A stretch of DNA of 64,000 nt from Candidatus Marinacidobacterales bacterium. Its GTDB lineage: Bacteria; Acidobacteriota; Vicinamibacteria; Marinacidobacterales; DATDRI01. Positions 1 through 10,341 of this stretch are shown here, in pieces. The notes beneath the pieces are model-generated. The model had not been told where the DNA came from. It saw only the letters and a program-made list of their open reading frames with translations, and made no database searches. The stretch covers positions 4,128,001 to 4,192,000 of the forward strand of contig OZ245365.1 of NCBI GenBank assembly GCA_965226495.1. Direction: 5' to 3'. How positions within the stretch are numbered: position 1 is the first letter of the stretch; each line of letters begins with the position of its first letter. Position numbers and translations under genes: made by a program.

Positions 1-200
1 TGAAGGACCGCGAGATTCCCATCAGCATGTTCTGGCTGGGGACCATCCCCCGCGCCGCAGTACAAGAAGCCCTGCGCACGAGCATTCCCCTACCATCGCT
101 TCACTCGAGTCAATTCGCTCCCTCTCCCTCGCTCACCCTCGCGACCGGGTTGGAGGCGATGACCGCCGCGGTGCTCGAGCTGATGCGTGGGAATGACTAG
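1..200 (+). CDS. M20-family amidohydrolase, C-terminal fragment (5' end outside window)
   Basis: Frame 3 reads KDREIPISMFWLG...LPSLHSSQFAP...TGLEAMTAAVLELMRGND* (TAG 198-200); the PSLHSxxFAP tail is typical of M20D amidohydrolases. Confidence 0.7.
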   Translation, partial: KDREIPISMFWLGTIPRAAVQEALRTSIPLPSLHSSQFAPSPSLTLATGLEAMTAAVLELMRGND

Positions 201-203
201 GGC

Positions 204-209
204 TATAAT
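204..209 (+). promoter_or_regulatory. Candidate sigma70 -10 box
   Basis: TATAAT about 20 nt upstream of the 231 start; no clear -35. Confidence 0.35.
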
Positions 210-230
210 CTCCGTCATGGGAACTGAATA

Positions 231-1979
231 GTGAATTTTTCGCGTGGGCTAGTAGTGCTAGTCTTGGCGGGCCTCGCTCTTCCCTCTCGCCTCGATTCGG
301 ACGCCATCGTGGTGACGAAAGCCATGACCGCCTCCACCATCGCCGAGATCTACATAGAGGAAGATGCGATCCGAGTGGAGCTAGAGATCGGGCTCCCCGA
401 CCTCGAGGGATTCCGTGACCTCCTACCCGACGCGATCTACGAGAAGCTCGGCCACGATCCGCAACCCCTCGCCAAGCGGGTGCCGCGCTTTTTCCGAGAG
501 GATCTCGCTTTCAAAACGGACGGCGGCCCCCCACTTGTGGGAAGGGTCGAAGCCATGGAGGGGCGGCGGCGCGTTCTACGAGACGAGGTGACGGGTCAGC
601 CGCTGCCGGTGGCGGACGACGAAGGTGAGCCAGTCGTCTTCGCCACTCTGACCTACCCGTTCCATGGAAAACCGAAAGTACTTACCCTTCAACCACCCCG
701 CGATGAGCTCGGAAACGCCAACGCCAACATCGGATTCATCGTTTTTCACCGTGGTCTACCGGTCAACGACTTTCGGTATCTCGGCGCCGTGGAGACCCTG
801 CGCCTCAATTGGGCGGACCCTTGGTACTCCCAGTTCGATAACCGTAACTTGCGCCGGCAGTTCGATGCTCCGTTCTCCGCCTTCCTTTACGTGGAACCGT
901 ACGAAGTCCGCAAGGAGATCGTCCTTCGGCCCAAAGATCTGCAAGGCTGGGTGGATCTCGACCTCGAGGGCAAGACGGTCTTGACGGTCGACGAACAGGA
1001 AGCGGTGAAGAAAAGAGTCGTCGAGTTTCTCGCCGCGCGAACCCCGGTTACCATCGATGGCAAGGGGGTAGAAGGCATTCTCGACCGAGTTCACTTCATA
1101 TACCGTAACTTGAGAACCAGCGGCGTCATCGACCCGCCCCGTGACCTCGACTTGATATCGGCGACTCTGGGAGTGATCTTCTACTACCCGACCAACGGGC
1201 TCCCAAAGGAAGTCACTCTGGAATGGGAGCTCTTCGACGATCGAATCGTGAAGGTTCCTGCCTCGGCGACCGACGAAGCCGGTGCGCTGCCCTACTTTCT
1301 CTTTCCCGACGACCCTGTCCTGAAGTGGCAGAACTTCCTCAAGAACCCGACAATCCCCGGTTTGGTGGAAGTCCAAGCGCCACCGACGCTCGGTCGGCTC
1401 TGGTTCGTTCTACTGGCGCTCTTGAGTGTCGCCGGCTTGCTCTTTCTTGCCGCGCGGTATCGCAAGACCGCGGCTCGCAGAGACTTGCTTTCGTGGAAGC
1501 CGTTACTAGGGGCGGCCGCCTTGGTGGGACTCGCTATCTTCGCCATACCACAAGCGGTGAGCCCGTCCTATGTCTCGGATGGTGATGCGGCCACGATCGT
1601 GACCGGCCTCCTCGAGAACATCTACCGCTCGTTCGACTACCGGGACGAGAGCGTGATTTACGACAGCTTGGAACGGAGCGCCACCGGCGAGCTGCTGACC
1701 GACATCTATCTGGAGACTCGTCGTAGCCTGGAGCTCGAGAACCAAGGCGGCGCGCGTGCGAAGGTCAAGGAAATCGAGATGCTGGAGTCTAGCCAAGAAC
1801 CGTTGCCCGGAGAAGTAGGCTTCATCGCTCGGAGCACGTGGAACGTCTCCGGCTCCGTGGGGCATTGGGGGCACATTCACCAACGACGGAACCGGTATGA
1901 AGCTCGTCTCGTGGTGAAGGCGGTGGACGGAGCCTGGAAGATCACCGACCTAGAGCTCCTGCAAGAGGAGAGACTGTAG
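231..1979 (+). CDS. Exported/membrane conserved hypothetical protein with C-terminal HWGHIH motif
   Basis: 582-aa ORF with signal peptide, two hydrophobic segments near residues 390-440 and a His-rich C-terminal motif; first gene of an ABC operon. Confidence 0.75.
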   Translation: MNFSRGLVVLVLAGLALPSRLDSDAIVVTKAMTASTIAEIYIEEDAIRVELEIGLPDLEGFRDLLPDAIYEKLGHDPQPLAKRVPRFFREDLAFKTDGGPPLVGRVEAMEGRRRVLRDEVTGQPLPVADDEGEPVVFATLTYPFHGKPKVLTLQPPRDELGNANANIGFIVFHRGLPVNDFRYLGAVETLRLNWADPWYSQFDNRNLRRQFDAPFSAFLYVEPYEVRKEIVLRPKDLQGWVDLDLEGKTVLTVDEQEAVKKRVVEFLAARTPVTIDGKGVEGILDRVHFIYRNLRTSGVIDPPRDLDLISATLGVIFYYPTNGLPKEVTLEWELFDDRIVKVPASATDEAGALPYFLFPDDPVLKWQNFLKNPTIPGLVEVQAPPTLGRLWFVLLALLSVAGLLFLAARYRKTAARRDLLSWKPLLGAAALVGLAIFAIPQAVSPSYVSDGDAATIVTGLLENIYRSFDYRDESVIYDSLERSATGELLTDIYLETRRSLELENQGGARAKVKEIEMLESSQEPLPGEVGFIARSTWNVSGSVGHWGHIHQRRNRYEARLVVKAVDGAWKITDLELLQEERL

Positions 1980-1991
1980 TCGTCTTCGGAT

Positions 1992-2699
1992 ATGACACAG
2001 CATGGCGCACCGGTCATCCGGGTTACCGATCTCCAGTTCCGCTACGGCGAAGGGGATTTCCGGCTCCAGGTCCCAACTCTAGAGCTCAATGAAGGATCTA
2101 GCACGGCTTTCATCGGTCCGAGCGGCTCCGGCAAGACGACATTACTGCACCTCCTGGCGGGCATCGTGCTTCCCGGAGCCGGCCGCATCGAATCGAACGG
2201 GGTCGAGGTCACCAATCTCTCGGACGCCGAACGACGCGATTTCCGCGTCCGCCATGTCGGCTTGGTCTTCCAAGAATTCGAGCTCCTCGAGTATTTGAGC
2301 GTCCTGGACAACATTCTCCTTCCGTACCGAATTAACGCCTCGCTTCGGCTGGGGGCCTCGGTTCGCGAGCGAGCGGAGAAGCTAGCGGAAGACGTCGGCA
2401 TTCGTGACAAACTGCAGCGCTACCCTCGGCAATTGAGTCAGGGAGAACGGCAGCGGGTGGCCGTCTGTCGCGCGGTACTGCCCGAGCCGGTGCTGCTCTT
2501 CGCGGATGAGCCGACTGGCAATTTGGATCCGGTCAATACGACGCGGGTGTTGGACAGCCTGTTCGGCTTCGCGGAAACCAGTGGCTCCACCCTGGTCACC
2601 GTAACTCATGATCACGAGTTACTTCCGCGATTCGAGCGCGTGGTGGATTTCAAGGAGTTCCACGTCACCGGGGGTACCGCGGAGGGCCGCACCCCATGA
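1992..2699 (+). CDS. ABC transporter ATP-binding protein (LolD/MacB-like)
   Basis: Walker A GPSGSGKT, signature LSQGERQR, Walker B LFADEPTGNLD, VTHD switch. Confidence 0.92.
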   Translation: MTQHGAPVIRVTDLQFRYGEGDFRLQVPTLELNEGSSTAFIGPSGSGKTTLLHLLAGIVLPGAGRIESNGVEVTNLSDAERRDFRVRHVGLVFQEFELLEYLSVLDNILLPYRINASLRLGASVRERAEKLAEDVGIRDKLQRYPRQLSQGERQRVAVCRAVLPEPVLLFADEPTGNLDPVNTTRVLDSLFGFAETSGSTLVTVTHDHELLPRFERVVDFKEFHVTGGTAEGRTP

Positions 2700-3880
2700 T
2701 GCAAACCCTATACTTGGCTTGGCGCTACCTCGCTTTCCACAAGCTCAAGACGGCCATCCTGGTGACCTCCATCACTCTGATCTTGTATGTACCGGTCGGG
2801 CTGCGCGTGCTGGTCGAGCAAAGCTCGCTGGAATTGACGGCACGAGCCGTTGCCACGCCGCTGGTGGTCGGAGCCAAAGGTAGTCCTTTGGAGCTAGTGC
2901 TCAACACGCTCTACTTCCGTTCCGAGATCCCAGAACCCACGAATTACGGGGAGGCGGCGCGGGTCAAGGATTCCGGCCTTGCGCAAAGCATCCCCTTGTA
3001 TGCGCGGTTCGAATCGCGGGGCCATCCCATCGTGGGCACCACTCTGGACTATTTCTCGGCTCGAGGTCTTCGCGTCGAATCAGGGCGCCTCCTCGCGATC
3101 CTGGGAGAGTGTGTCGTCGGCTCGCGGGCCGCTCGGACTCTCGGAGTGGGGCCTGGCGATCATGTGATCTCTTCCCCGGAGAGTGTTTTCGATCTTGCGG
3201 GCATCTATCCGCTCAAGATGCCGGTGGTCGGTGTGCTGGCTTTTTCAGATACCCCGGACGACGATGCTATCTTCGTCGACATCAAGACGACGTGGATCAT
3301 CGAGGGCATCGGCCACGGACACCAGGACTTGGCGAAGCGCGAGGCGGCGCGGGCTGTCCTTTCCCGAGAGGGAAACCAAATCGTGGCCAACGCATCGGTA
3401 GTGCAGTACAACGAGATAACCGCCGACAACATCGACTCCTTCCACTTCCACGGCGACCTCTCCGGCTATCCACTGACCGCGATCATGGCGGTGCCGACCG
3501 ACCAGAAGTCTTCCGCGCTGATGCAGGGCCGCTACCAAGGGGCGGACGAGTTAGTTCAGATCGTGCGTCCGGCTGCGGTCATGGATGAGCTCTTGGGCAC
3601 GATTCTCACCGTGCAAAACTTCGTCGTCGCGGGTGCGGTGATCGTTGGGTTGGCCACGCTTGCTTCGGCGGCCTTGGTTTTCATGTTGTCTCTGCGATTG
3701 AGGCGGCGCGAGATCGAGACTCTCTTCAAGATCGGGGGTTCACGGCTAAGTGTCGGCGCGGTCATGGCTTCCGAGATTGTCGTCGTTCTTCTTACTGGAA
3801 TCCTACTCGCCGGCGGGCTGACTCTACTGACGAGCCAGTTCGGCTCGGCAGCGATTCGAGCCGTCATCCGAATGTCATAG
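2696..3880 (+). CDS. ABC transporter permease (FtsX/MacB type)
   Basis: N-terminal TM, large periplasmic domain, three C-terminal TMs with RRREIETLFKIG motif; overlaps the ATPase stop. Confidence 0.85.
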   Translation: MMQTLYLAWRYLAFHKLKTAILVTSITLILYVPVGLRVLVEQSSLELTARAVATPLVVGAKGSPLELVLNTLYFRSEIPEPTNYGEAARVKDSGLAQSIPLYARFESRGHPIVGTTLDYFSARGLRVESGRLLAILGECVVGSRAARTLGVGPGDHVISSPESVFDLAGIYPLKMPVVGVLAFSDTPDDDAIFVDIKTTWIIEGIGHGHQDLAKREAARAVLSREGNQIVANASVVQYNEITADNIDSFHFHGDLSGYPLTAIMAVPTDQKSSALMQGRYQGADELVQIVRPAAVMDELLGTILTVQNFVVAGAVIVGLATLASAALVFMLSLRLRRREIETLFKIGGSRLSVGAVMASEIVVVLLTGILLAGGLTLLTSQFGSAAIRAVIRMS

Positions 3881-3897
3881 GGAGGCACTGAGCACTG

Positions 3898-4848
3898 ATG
3901 CGAATTGGCCTACTAAGTATTGGAAGCGGGGTCTTTGGAATGGCGTTGCTTGCGTTGGCCTGTTCTGGCTCGAGGCCCGACGAAACGACGGGGGCCGCGA
4001 CTGCAAGCCCTCGCGACGCAAAGCTCTTGGTCTACGCGGTCAACTACCCCCTTCAGTATTTCGCGGAGCGCATCGGGGGCGACTTGGTTCGCGTAGAGTT
4101 TCCGGCTCCCGCGGACGGTGATCCCGCGCTTTGGTCTCCCAATCCGGCGACCGTCGCCGCCTATCAAGAGGCGGACGTCATCCTTCTCAATGGTGCAGGC
4201 TATGCGCAGTGGACGGATCGGGTGACGTTGCCACCGACCGCACTCGTGAACACGTCGGAGCGCTTCGGGGACGACTACATCTATATCGAAAACGCGGTGA
4301 CCCACAGTCACGGCCCGGAGGCCGAGCACAGCCACGGCCAAACGGCCTTTACCACCTGGCTCGATCCGACGCTGGCTATCCGCCAGGCGGACGCCATTCG
4401 CACGGCCTTCGTCTCCGCGCGACCCGAGCACGAGGCGGCGTTTCAAGAGGGTTTCGCGTCCCTCGAGCGCGACCTCGTCGAGCTCGACGAGTCGCTTCAA
4501 GACATCTTTTCAGGAAACGAGCAACCGTTACTGGCCTCCCATCCCGTCTACCAGTACTTGTCCCGGCGTTATGCGATCGATCTGCGTAGCGTCCACTTCG
4601 AGCCCGACGAGTATCCGGACGAAAAAAGCTGGCGGGGGCTGAAAGAATTGTTGGCCGAGCACCCGGCGAAAAGGATGCTTTGGGAGGGGCAGCCGCTCGA
4701 GAAAACACGAAAAACGCTTCAGGAACTTGGCGTCGAGACCCTGGTTTACGATCCGTGCGGCAACAAGCCCGAAGAAGGCGACTTCCTAGAGGTAATGCGG
4801 AGAAACGTTGATCAGCTTCGCGAAATTCTCACCCTCGAGAGCGCATGA
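3898..4848 (+). CDS. Metal (Zn/Mn) ABC substrate-binding lipoprotein, ZnuA/TroA family
   Basis: Lipobox ALAC, YPLQYFAERIGG, His loop HSHGPEAEHSHG, WLDP, SHPVY. Confidence 0.88.
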   Translation: MRIGLLSIGSGVFGMALLALACSGSRPDETTGAATASPRDAKLLVYAVNYPLQYFAERIGGDLVRVEFPAPADGDPALWSPNPATVAAYQEADVILLNGAGYAQWTDRVTLPPTALVNTSERFGDDYIYIENAVTHSHGPEAEHSHGQTAFTTWLDPTLAIRQADAIRTAFVSARPEHEAAFQEGFASLERDLVELDESLQDIFSGNEQPLLASHPVYQYLSRRYAIDLRSVHFEPDEYPDEKSWRGLKELLAEHPAKRMLWEGQPLEKTRKTLQELGVETLVYDPCGNKPEEGDFLEVMRRNVDQLREILTLESA

Positions 4849-5461
4849 CCGCTAGACCTTTATAGAGATACGAGCCAATCCGCGGCCCACACATGTAGAC
4901 GTTTTCCATACGCTCCAGCTCGAAACCAGACTCTTGAATGATAGAGTCTATCTTACGGTTGAGACGGCATCCGCCGGCATACAACCGGTGAAACGGCGTG
5001 AGACGGTCTTGCCAACGTGCCACATCCGGATCGCCGGAGAGGCCATGCTCCACGAAGTGGAAACCTCCTCCAGGTTTCAACACCCGCCCAATCTGCCGAA
5101 GCGCCTGGCCCGGCTCCGGGATAGTGCAGAGAGTCCAGGTGCAGACAACGGCATCCACGGAATCCTCGGCGAGGGGAATACTCTCCCCTTCGAGGTCCAC
5201 GAACTCGACGAACTCAACTGGGAACGAGCAATCCGCCAACCTCCCCACGGCCAGCTTCCGTCCCAGCTTCGCCGGATCCAGCGCATAGAGTTTCTTCACA
5301 TCCGGAGGGTAATACGGCAAGTTGAGACCGGAACCGAATCCAATCTCGAGCACATCGCCGCGCACACCTTCCACGCAATCTCGTCGATGAGGGACGAACT
5401 CGTCTCCAGCCATGAACCGGTCGACGATGCGGGGAAGGATCCGTTCCCGGTAGAAACCCAT
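4829..5461 (-). CDS. Class I SAM-dependent methyltransferase
   Basis: VLEIGFGSGLN motif I, DAVVCTWTLC, RVLKPGG. Confidence 0.9.
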   Translation of the reverse strand: MGFYRERILPRIVDRFMAGDEFVPHRRDCVEGVRGDVLEIGFGSGLNLPYYPPDVKKLYALDPAKLGRKLAVGRLADCSFPVEFVEFVDLEGESIPLAEDSVDAVVCTWTLCTIPEPGQALRQIGRVLKPGGGFHFVEHGLSGDPDVARWQDRLTPFHRLYAGGCRLNRKIDSIIQESGFELERMENVYMCGPRIGSYLYKGLAVMRSRG

Positions 5462-5500
5462 TTTCTAGTGCCTCAATGCGCGCTCAGTCATCGATGAATG

Positions 5501-5601
5501 GCGCGGGGCCCCACCCCCACGCCTCAGTGCTTCGTCGGCTGCGCGACTACGCATGGGCTCATGGCTGCGTTCGCGCGCTTGGCGCCTCGCTCGTCGCTCG
5601 G
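5501..5601. repeat. REP-like element, family A (GGGGCCCCACCCCC core), long form
   Basis: Core at 5505-5518; the first ~70 bp and the terminal CCTCGCTCxTCGCTCGG align with 41889-42038. Confidence 0.75.
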
Positions 5602-5685
5602 TTAACTGTTGTCGGGCCGCCGCCTGGCCACGTCGAGTTTTAGCAACCACATAGTTTGGCGGCCCTCACACGGGCTCGCGCCTTC

Positions 5686-5755
5686 ATCAGTGCGGCGGGG
5701 CCCCACCCCCACCGCCGTCCCTTCGCCGGCAAGCGGCTTCGGGACAAGCTGATGG
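5686..5755. repeat. REP-like element, family A, in a larger hairpin
   Basis: Core at 5697-5710, followed by a GTCCC...GGGAC stem and flanked by CATCAG/CTGATG. Confidence 0.6.
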
Positions 5756-5792
5756 CTCTTCGTGCAGGTGCCGTGCATTCTTGAGCACCCTG

Positions 5793-6578
5793 CTAGTCCG
5801 CCAACTGGCTGAACCCCTCGAGCGACCACTGAGCCGCCATCTCGGCTCTCATCGGGTGGTCCGTGAGATCGAGGTGCAGCGGAGTCACCGAGACCAGACG
5901 ATCCCGAAGCACGGCATTACAGTCGCTCCCTGGTATGTCCTCGTGCTCGTACTCGCTGCCGCCAATCCAGTAGTACTTTCGCCCACGCGGATCCACTTTC
6001 TCGACGACGTCGAACCCGTAGGTGTGCTTTCCCAGCTTGGTCACCACGTAACTTTCCGGATCCACCCCGGATGGAATGTTCACGTTCAGCAACATGTTGG
6101 GTGGAAGAGGCCGAGCCAGGGCGGCGGTCGCCAAGGAATGGGCAAAACGCGCCGCAGGTGCGAAATCGAACTCGTCACGGCTGACCAAACTGAAGGCGAT
6201 CGCCGGAACACCGAAGAGAGAAGCCTCCATGCCGGCCGCCACCGTTCCCGAGTACGTCACATCATCCGCCAAGTTAGGCCCGTGGTTGACGCCGGAAACC
6301 ATGAGCTGGGGACGGCGGTCCTTGAGGATGTGGTTGATGGCCAGATACGAACAATCGGTGGGGGTACCGTCGACCGCCAGCCAGCGCGGTCGGACCTCGC
6401 GAATGCGAAGCGGTCGATGTAGAGAGATGGCGTGCGAGGACGCACTTTGCTGGGATTCCGGAGCGACGACCCATACCTCGCCGAGCGGCTCCATGGCGCT
6501 CGCGAGAGCCTCCAAGCCCTCGGCCAGATATCCATCGTCGTTGGAGATCAGAATTCGAGGCCGTTTAGTGGATTCCAT
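5793..6578 (-). CDS. surE: 5'/3'-nucleotidase SurE
   Basis: ILISNDDG, DGTPTDC, VSGVNHGPN, YSGTVAAG, VSVTPL motifs. Confidence 0.96.
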   Translation of the reverse strand: MESTKRPRILISNDDGYLAEGLEALASAMEPLGEVWVVAPESQQSASSHAISLHRPLRIREVRPRWLAVDGTPTDCSYLAINHILKDRRPQLMVSGVNHGPNLADDVTYSGTVAAGMEASLFGVPAIAFSLVSRDEFDFAPAARFAHSLATAALARPLPPNMLLNVNIPSGVDPESYVVTKLGKHTYGFDVVEKVDPRGRKYYWIGGSEYEHEDIPGSDCNAVLRDRLVSVTPLHLDLTDHPMRAEMAAQWSLEGFSQLAD

Positions 6579-6620
6579 CAGGCGATCATTGTACTCCGGA
6601 CCATGGTATCTTCGGCGAGC

Positions 6621-8450
6621 ATGATCGTCTTGATGTTTGTCGCGCTGCTCCAGGGTTCTATCGACCGCGCCATCCTCGAGACCGAAGACCGACGCGCCGA
6701 AGACGCATCGGTTATCCTAAAAGCACTGGTGTACTCTGATCCCGACGTTCAGCGACTGGCAGTGCGAGCCCTCGGTCGATTGGAGCAACCCCGATACGCC
6801 GACGCGTTAACTCCACTCCTGCGCTCACCCGACAGGGCTGTTCGCATGGAGGCTATCAACGCCCTCGGCCAAATGGGAACCGAACTCGACTTGAGTTTGC
6901 CGCTCGCCGATGAGCAGGACGATGAGGTCCGTGGCGTTTACTACGAAACCATCGGGAGACTTCCCCTCGCCGGCCAGGGGTTGCCTGCCAAGCTCGTTAA
7001 GGGCCTTCAAGAGCCTGGACCCCACGCCCGCACCGGCGCAGCCAAGGGCCTGGAGTCGTACTTCCGCTTAACCGAAAATAAACCCCGGCTCGAGACCCTC
7101 ACCGCTCTACGAGAGGCACTCCGAGCGAATGACTCGTCCACGTTGCGCCAACTGGTTCTATTGACTCTGAACCGCGCCGAAGACCGAGACGCCGCAACCC
7201 TCACCGAAGCCCTGACCGACGGCGATCCCTTGGTGAGGCGTCTGGCCATCATCGGCCTCGAAGTATCAAGCGACGACCCCTCGCCCATCATCCGCTACGA
7301 AAGCTTGAAGGTATCGAAAAATTGCGAGCAGGCCGAGTCGGCTCTTCAAGACCCGAGCGAGCACGTCGTCTTGTTGGCGATCGAACACCTGGGAAACAAC
7401 TGTTCTGCCGAGCGGCTCATAAAGCTGACCGACGAAGGCAAGGATTGGCGACGACAAACGAGAGCGCTCGTTTCTCTGGCCCGCGTGAATCCCGAAGCGG
7501 CAAGAGAACGCCTGTCGACATTCCGCGACCACTCGACCTGGCAGGCCCGCACCTATGCAGCGGCAGCCGCCAAGATATCGGAAGACGAAAAGACCCTCGA
7601 GATCCTCCGACGAGATGCACATCCCAATGTAGTCGCAGCCGCGTTGGTCAGCCCCCTCGACGCGGTGGACGCCTTGGAGAGTCCCGACTACGGTCTGCTG
7701 ATGACGGCACTGGAACGACTACAGGGCTGGCCACAGGGTGGTGCCGCCGTTCCAGCGCTTCTCGAATCGCTAAAGCGAGTGAGCGACCAGAAGCGCGCCA
7801 CCTCCCGGGACCCTCGCCGACAAATACTGGAGCGACTGCGCGAGTACGGCGATGAGAACATCGGCGACAAGCTTCGCTACCTCCTTTCGGACTTCGATCC
7901 TGTCATTGCCGCGCTCGCCGCCGAGATCATTTCTGAGAAGAGTGGACGCACCATCTCACCGCTCACGCTTCGTTTAGAAACAGAGCCATTGCCCCCCCCG
8001 AGCGTCCTCGAAGCCCTCGACGGCGCACGGGCTCGAATCCAAATGAGGGACGCCGGAAGCTTCACCCTCGAGCTCATTCCTGAAGAGGCACCGATAACGG
8101 TCGCTACTTTCGTGCGACTGGCCGAGCAGGGTTATTACGATGGGCTCACGTTTCACCGCATCGTTCCCAACTTCGTCATCCAAGGAGGCAGTCCGGGAGC
8201 CAACGAGTATGCGGGAACCGCTGGATACATTCGAGATGAGGTAGGGCTCTTGTCGCACGAAAGAGGAACGGTCGGGATATCGACGCGCGGCCGCGATACA
8301 GGCGACAGCCAGATCTTCATCAACTTAGTCGACAACTACCGTCTGGATCACAACTACACGGTCTTCGCTAAAGTGGTAGACGGAATGCACGCCGTGGACC
8401 AAATTCAGGAGGACGACATCATCGAATCCATCGAGATCGCGAGAAAGTAG
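6621..8450 (+). CDS. HEAT-repeat protein fused to C-terminal cyclophilin-type peptidyl-prolyl isomerase
   Basis: HEAT repeats (VQRLAVRALG, VRMEAINALG) then FHRIVPNFVIQGG...SQIFIN...YTVFAKV; start 6603 or 6621 (the track's 6432 start overlaps surE). Confidence 0.85.
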   Translation: MIVLMFVALLQGSIDRAILETEDRRAEDASVILKALVYSDPDVQRLAVRALGRLEQPRYADALTPLLRSPDRAVRMEAINALGQMGTELDLSLPLADEQDDEVRGVYYETIGRLPLAGQGLPAKLVKGLQEPGPHARTGAAKGLESYFRLTENKPRLETLTALREALRANDSSTLRQLVLLTLNRAEDRDAATLTEALTDGDPLVRRLAIIGLEVSSDDPSPIIRYESLKVSKNCEQAESALQDPSEHVVLLAIEHLGNNCSAERLIKLTDEGKDWRRQTRALVSLARVNPEAARERLSTFRDHSTWQARTYAAAAAKISEDEKTLEILRRDAHPNVVAAALVSPLDAVDALESPDYGLLMTALERLQGWPQGGAAVPALLESLKRVSDQKRATSRDPRRQILERLREYGDENIGDKLRYLLSDFDPVIAALAAEIISEKSGRTISPLTLRLETEPLPPPSVLEALDGARARIQMRDAGSFTLELIPEEAPITVATFVRLAEQGYYDGLTFHRIVPNFVIQGGSPGANEYAGTAGYIRDEVGLLSHERGTVGISTRGRDTGDSQIFINLVDNYRLDHNYTVFAKVVDGMHAVDQIQEDDIIESIEIARK

Positions 8451-8452
8451 GA

Positions 8453-10285
8453 ATGGGATACAGAAGTCTTCGTGAATGTATCCTCGATCTCGAACAGAAC
8501 GGCCACTTGGTCCGGGTAACCGAGAAAGTCGATCCGCATCTCGAGATGGCGGAGGTCCAGAGACGGGTGTACGAGGCCCAGGGGCCGGCGATCTTCTTCG
8601 AGAACGTGAAGGGCTGTCGCTTTCCCGCTGTCTCGAATCTCTTCGGCACACTCGAACGTAGCCGCTTCTTGTTCCGAGATGCTTTGGATCGAGTGACGAG
8701 GATCGTCCAACTGAAGGCCGATCCCTCGCGCGCGTGGCGAGCGCCACTTACTTTCCTGTCCTCTCCTTATACCGCTTTGACCTCCTTGCCAATGGAGGTG
8801 TCCGACGGACCAGTGCTCGAGGAGACAACCACCCTCGACCAGTTACCTCAGATCAAGAACTGGCCCGACGATGGTGGTCCGTTCATCACGCTGGGCCAAG
8901 TCTATACGGAGAACCCCGACCGCGGGGGTGTCATGAGCTCGAATGTCGGGATGTACCGAATACAACTCGCGGGAAACCGGTACCGCGCCGGAAAGGAAAT
9001 CGGCCTTCACTATCAGATCCACCGAGGAATCGGAGTGCACCACGCCATCGCCGTCCGACGCGGAGAATCGCTCAAGGTAAGTGTTTTCATCGGTGGTCCC
9101 CCGGCCCACACATTGGGCGCGGTGATGCCGTTACCGGAGGCTCTCACCGAGCTCCTGTTCGTCGGAATGCTCGGCGGGCGGCGTTTTCGCTACACGATGA
9201 GGGATGGCTTCGTCATCTCATCCGACGCCGACTTTTGTGTTACCGGGACGATCGACCCGAATCGGACTCTGCCCGAGGGTCCCTTCGGGGATCACCTCGG
9301 TTACTACAGTCTCGCGCACGACTTCCCGGTTCTCACGGTCGACAAGGTTTATCACCGGAGGAATCCTATCTGGCCCTTCACCGTGGTGGGGCGCCCTCCT
9401 CAGGAAGATACGTCCTTCGGAGCACTGATCCATGAGATCACCCAACCGATGGTCCCGGTCGAGCTCCCGGGCGTGAAAACCATTCACGCCGTGGACGCCG
9501 CCGGCGTCCATCCGCTACTCCTCGCGATCGGAAGCGAGCGCTACGTCCCCTACAGTGAACGGAGGCCGCAAGAGCTTCTCACCATCGCCAACGCCATCCT
9601 CGGCTTCGGGCAGTGCTCGTTGGCTAAGTACCTCTTCATCATTGCCGGCGAAGATGACCCGCAGATGGACATTCATGACGTCGAAGCCTTTTTTTATCAC
9701 ACGTTGGAGCGAGTCGACTGGACTCGAGATCTCCATTTCCAGACCCGCACCACCATCGACACGTTAGATTATTCCGGCACCGGGTTGAATTCGGGCTCCA
9801 AGGTCGTCGTCGCGGCGGCGGGACGCAAGAGACGGGAGCTCGCAAACGAACTGCCGTCGCGCCTGGAGCTGCGGGATGGCTATACCGGCAACAAGCTGGC
9901 GATGCCGGGGGTCCTCGTCGTGCAGGGACCCCGTTTCTCGGAATACGAACACGCAGCCAAAGAGCTGGAGGCCTTCACTCACCATCTCGACAAGAGTAGT
10001 GACCTAGAAGGTATGCCCCTTATTGTCTTGACGGACGACGCCGACTTCACGGCGGAGAGCCTGCGCAACTTCCTCTGGGTAACCTTTACCCGCTCCAACC
10101 CTTCCCATGATATCCGTGGAGTCGGAACCTTCATCGAGCACAAACATTGGGGTTGCCGCAAATCCTTAATCATCGATGCACGACTCAAGCCGCACCACGC
10201 TCCGCCACTCATAGAAGATCCCGCGGTCGCGAAGAGAGTCGATTCCCTAGCCGCCAAGGGCAAGAGTTTGCACGGGATCTGGTGA
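8453..10285 (+). CDS. UbiD-family prFMN-dependent decarboxylase, long form
   Basis: NVGMYRIQ, EGPFGDHLGYYS, VVGRPPQED, DTLDYSG. Confidence 0.9.
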   Translation: MGYRSLRECILDLEQNGHLVRVTEKVDPHLEMAEVQRRVYEAQGPAIFFENVKGCRFPAVSNLFGTLERSRFLFRDALDRVTRIVQLKADPSRAWRAPLTFLSSPYTALTSLPMEVSDGPVLEETTTLDQLPQIKNWPDDGGPFITLGQVYTENPDRGGVMSSNVGMYRIQLAGNRYRAGKEIGLHYQIHRGIGVHHAIAVRRGESLKVSVFIGGPPAHTLGAVMPLPEALTELLFVGMLGGRRFRYTMRDGFVISSDADFCVTGTIDPNRTLPEGPFGDHLGYYSLAHDFPVLTVDKVYHRRNPIWPFTVVGRPPQEDTSFGALIHEITQPMVPVELPGVKTIHAVDAAGVHPLLLAIGSERYVPYSERRPQELLTIANAILGFGQCSLAKYLFIIAGEDDPQMDIHDVEAFFYHTLERVDWTRDLHFQTRTTIDTLDYSGTGLNSGSKVVVAAAGRKRRELANELPSRLELRDGYTGNKLAMPGVLVVQGPRFSEYEHAAKELEAFTHHLDKSSDLEGMPLIVLTDDADFTAESLRNFLWVTFTRSNPSHDIRGVGTFIEHKHWGCRKSLIIDARLKPHHAPPLIEDPAVAKRVDSLAAKGKSLHGIW

Positions 10286-10341
10286 ATAGCCATAATTAGT
10301 AGACACTCAGACCGCAAACCGCACCCTACGGAGCAGAGTTT

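Noticed and set aside
5195-5216. 9-bp micro-duplication giving VEFVEFVD in the methyltransferase (similar ANSANS at ~48133-48152)
   Set aside because: Two-unit in-frame slippage with no sign of phase variation
10286-10341. SAM or cobalamin riboswitch before metF (also checked 57799-57883)
   Set aside because: Intergenic spaces are too short and lack recognisable riboswitch consensus
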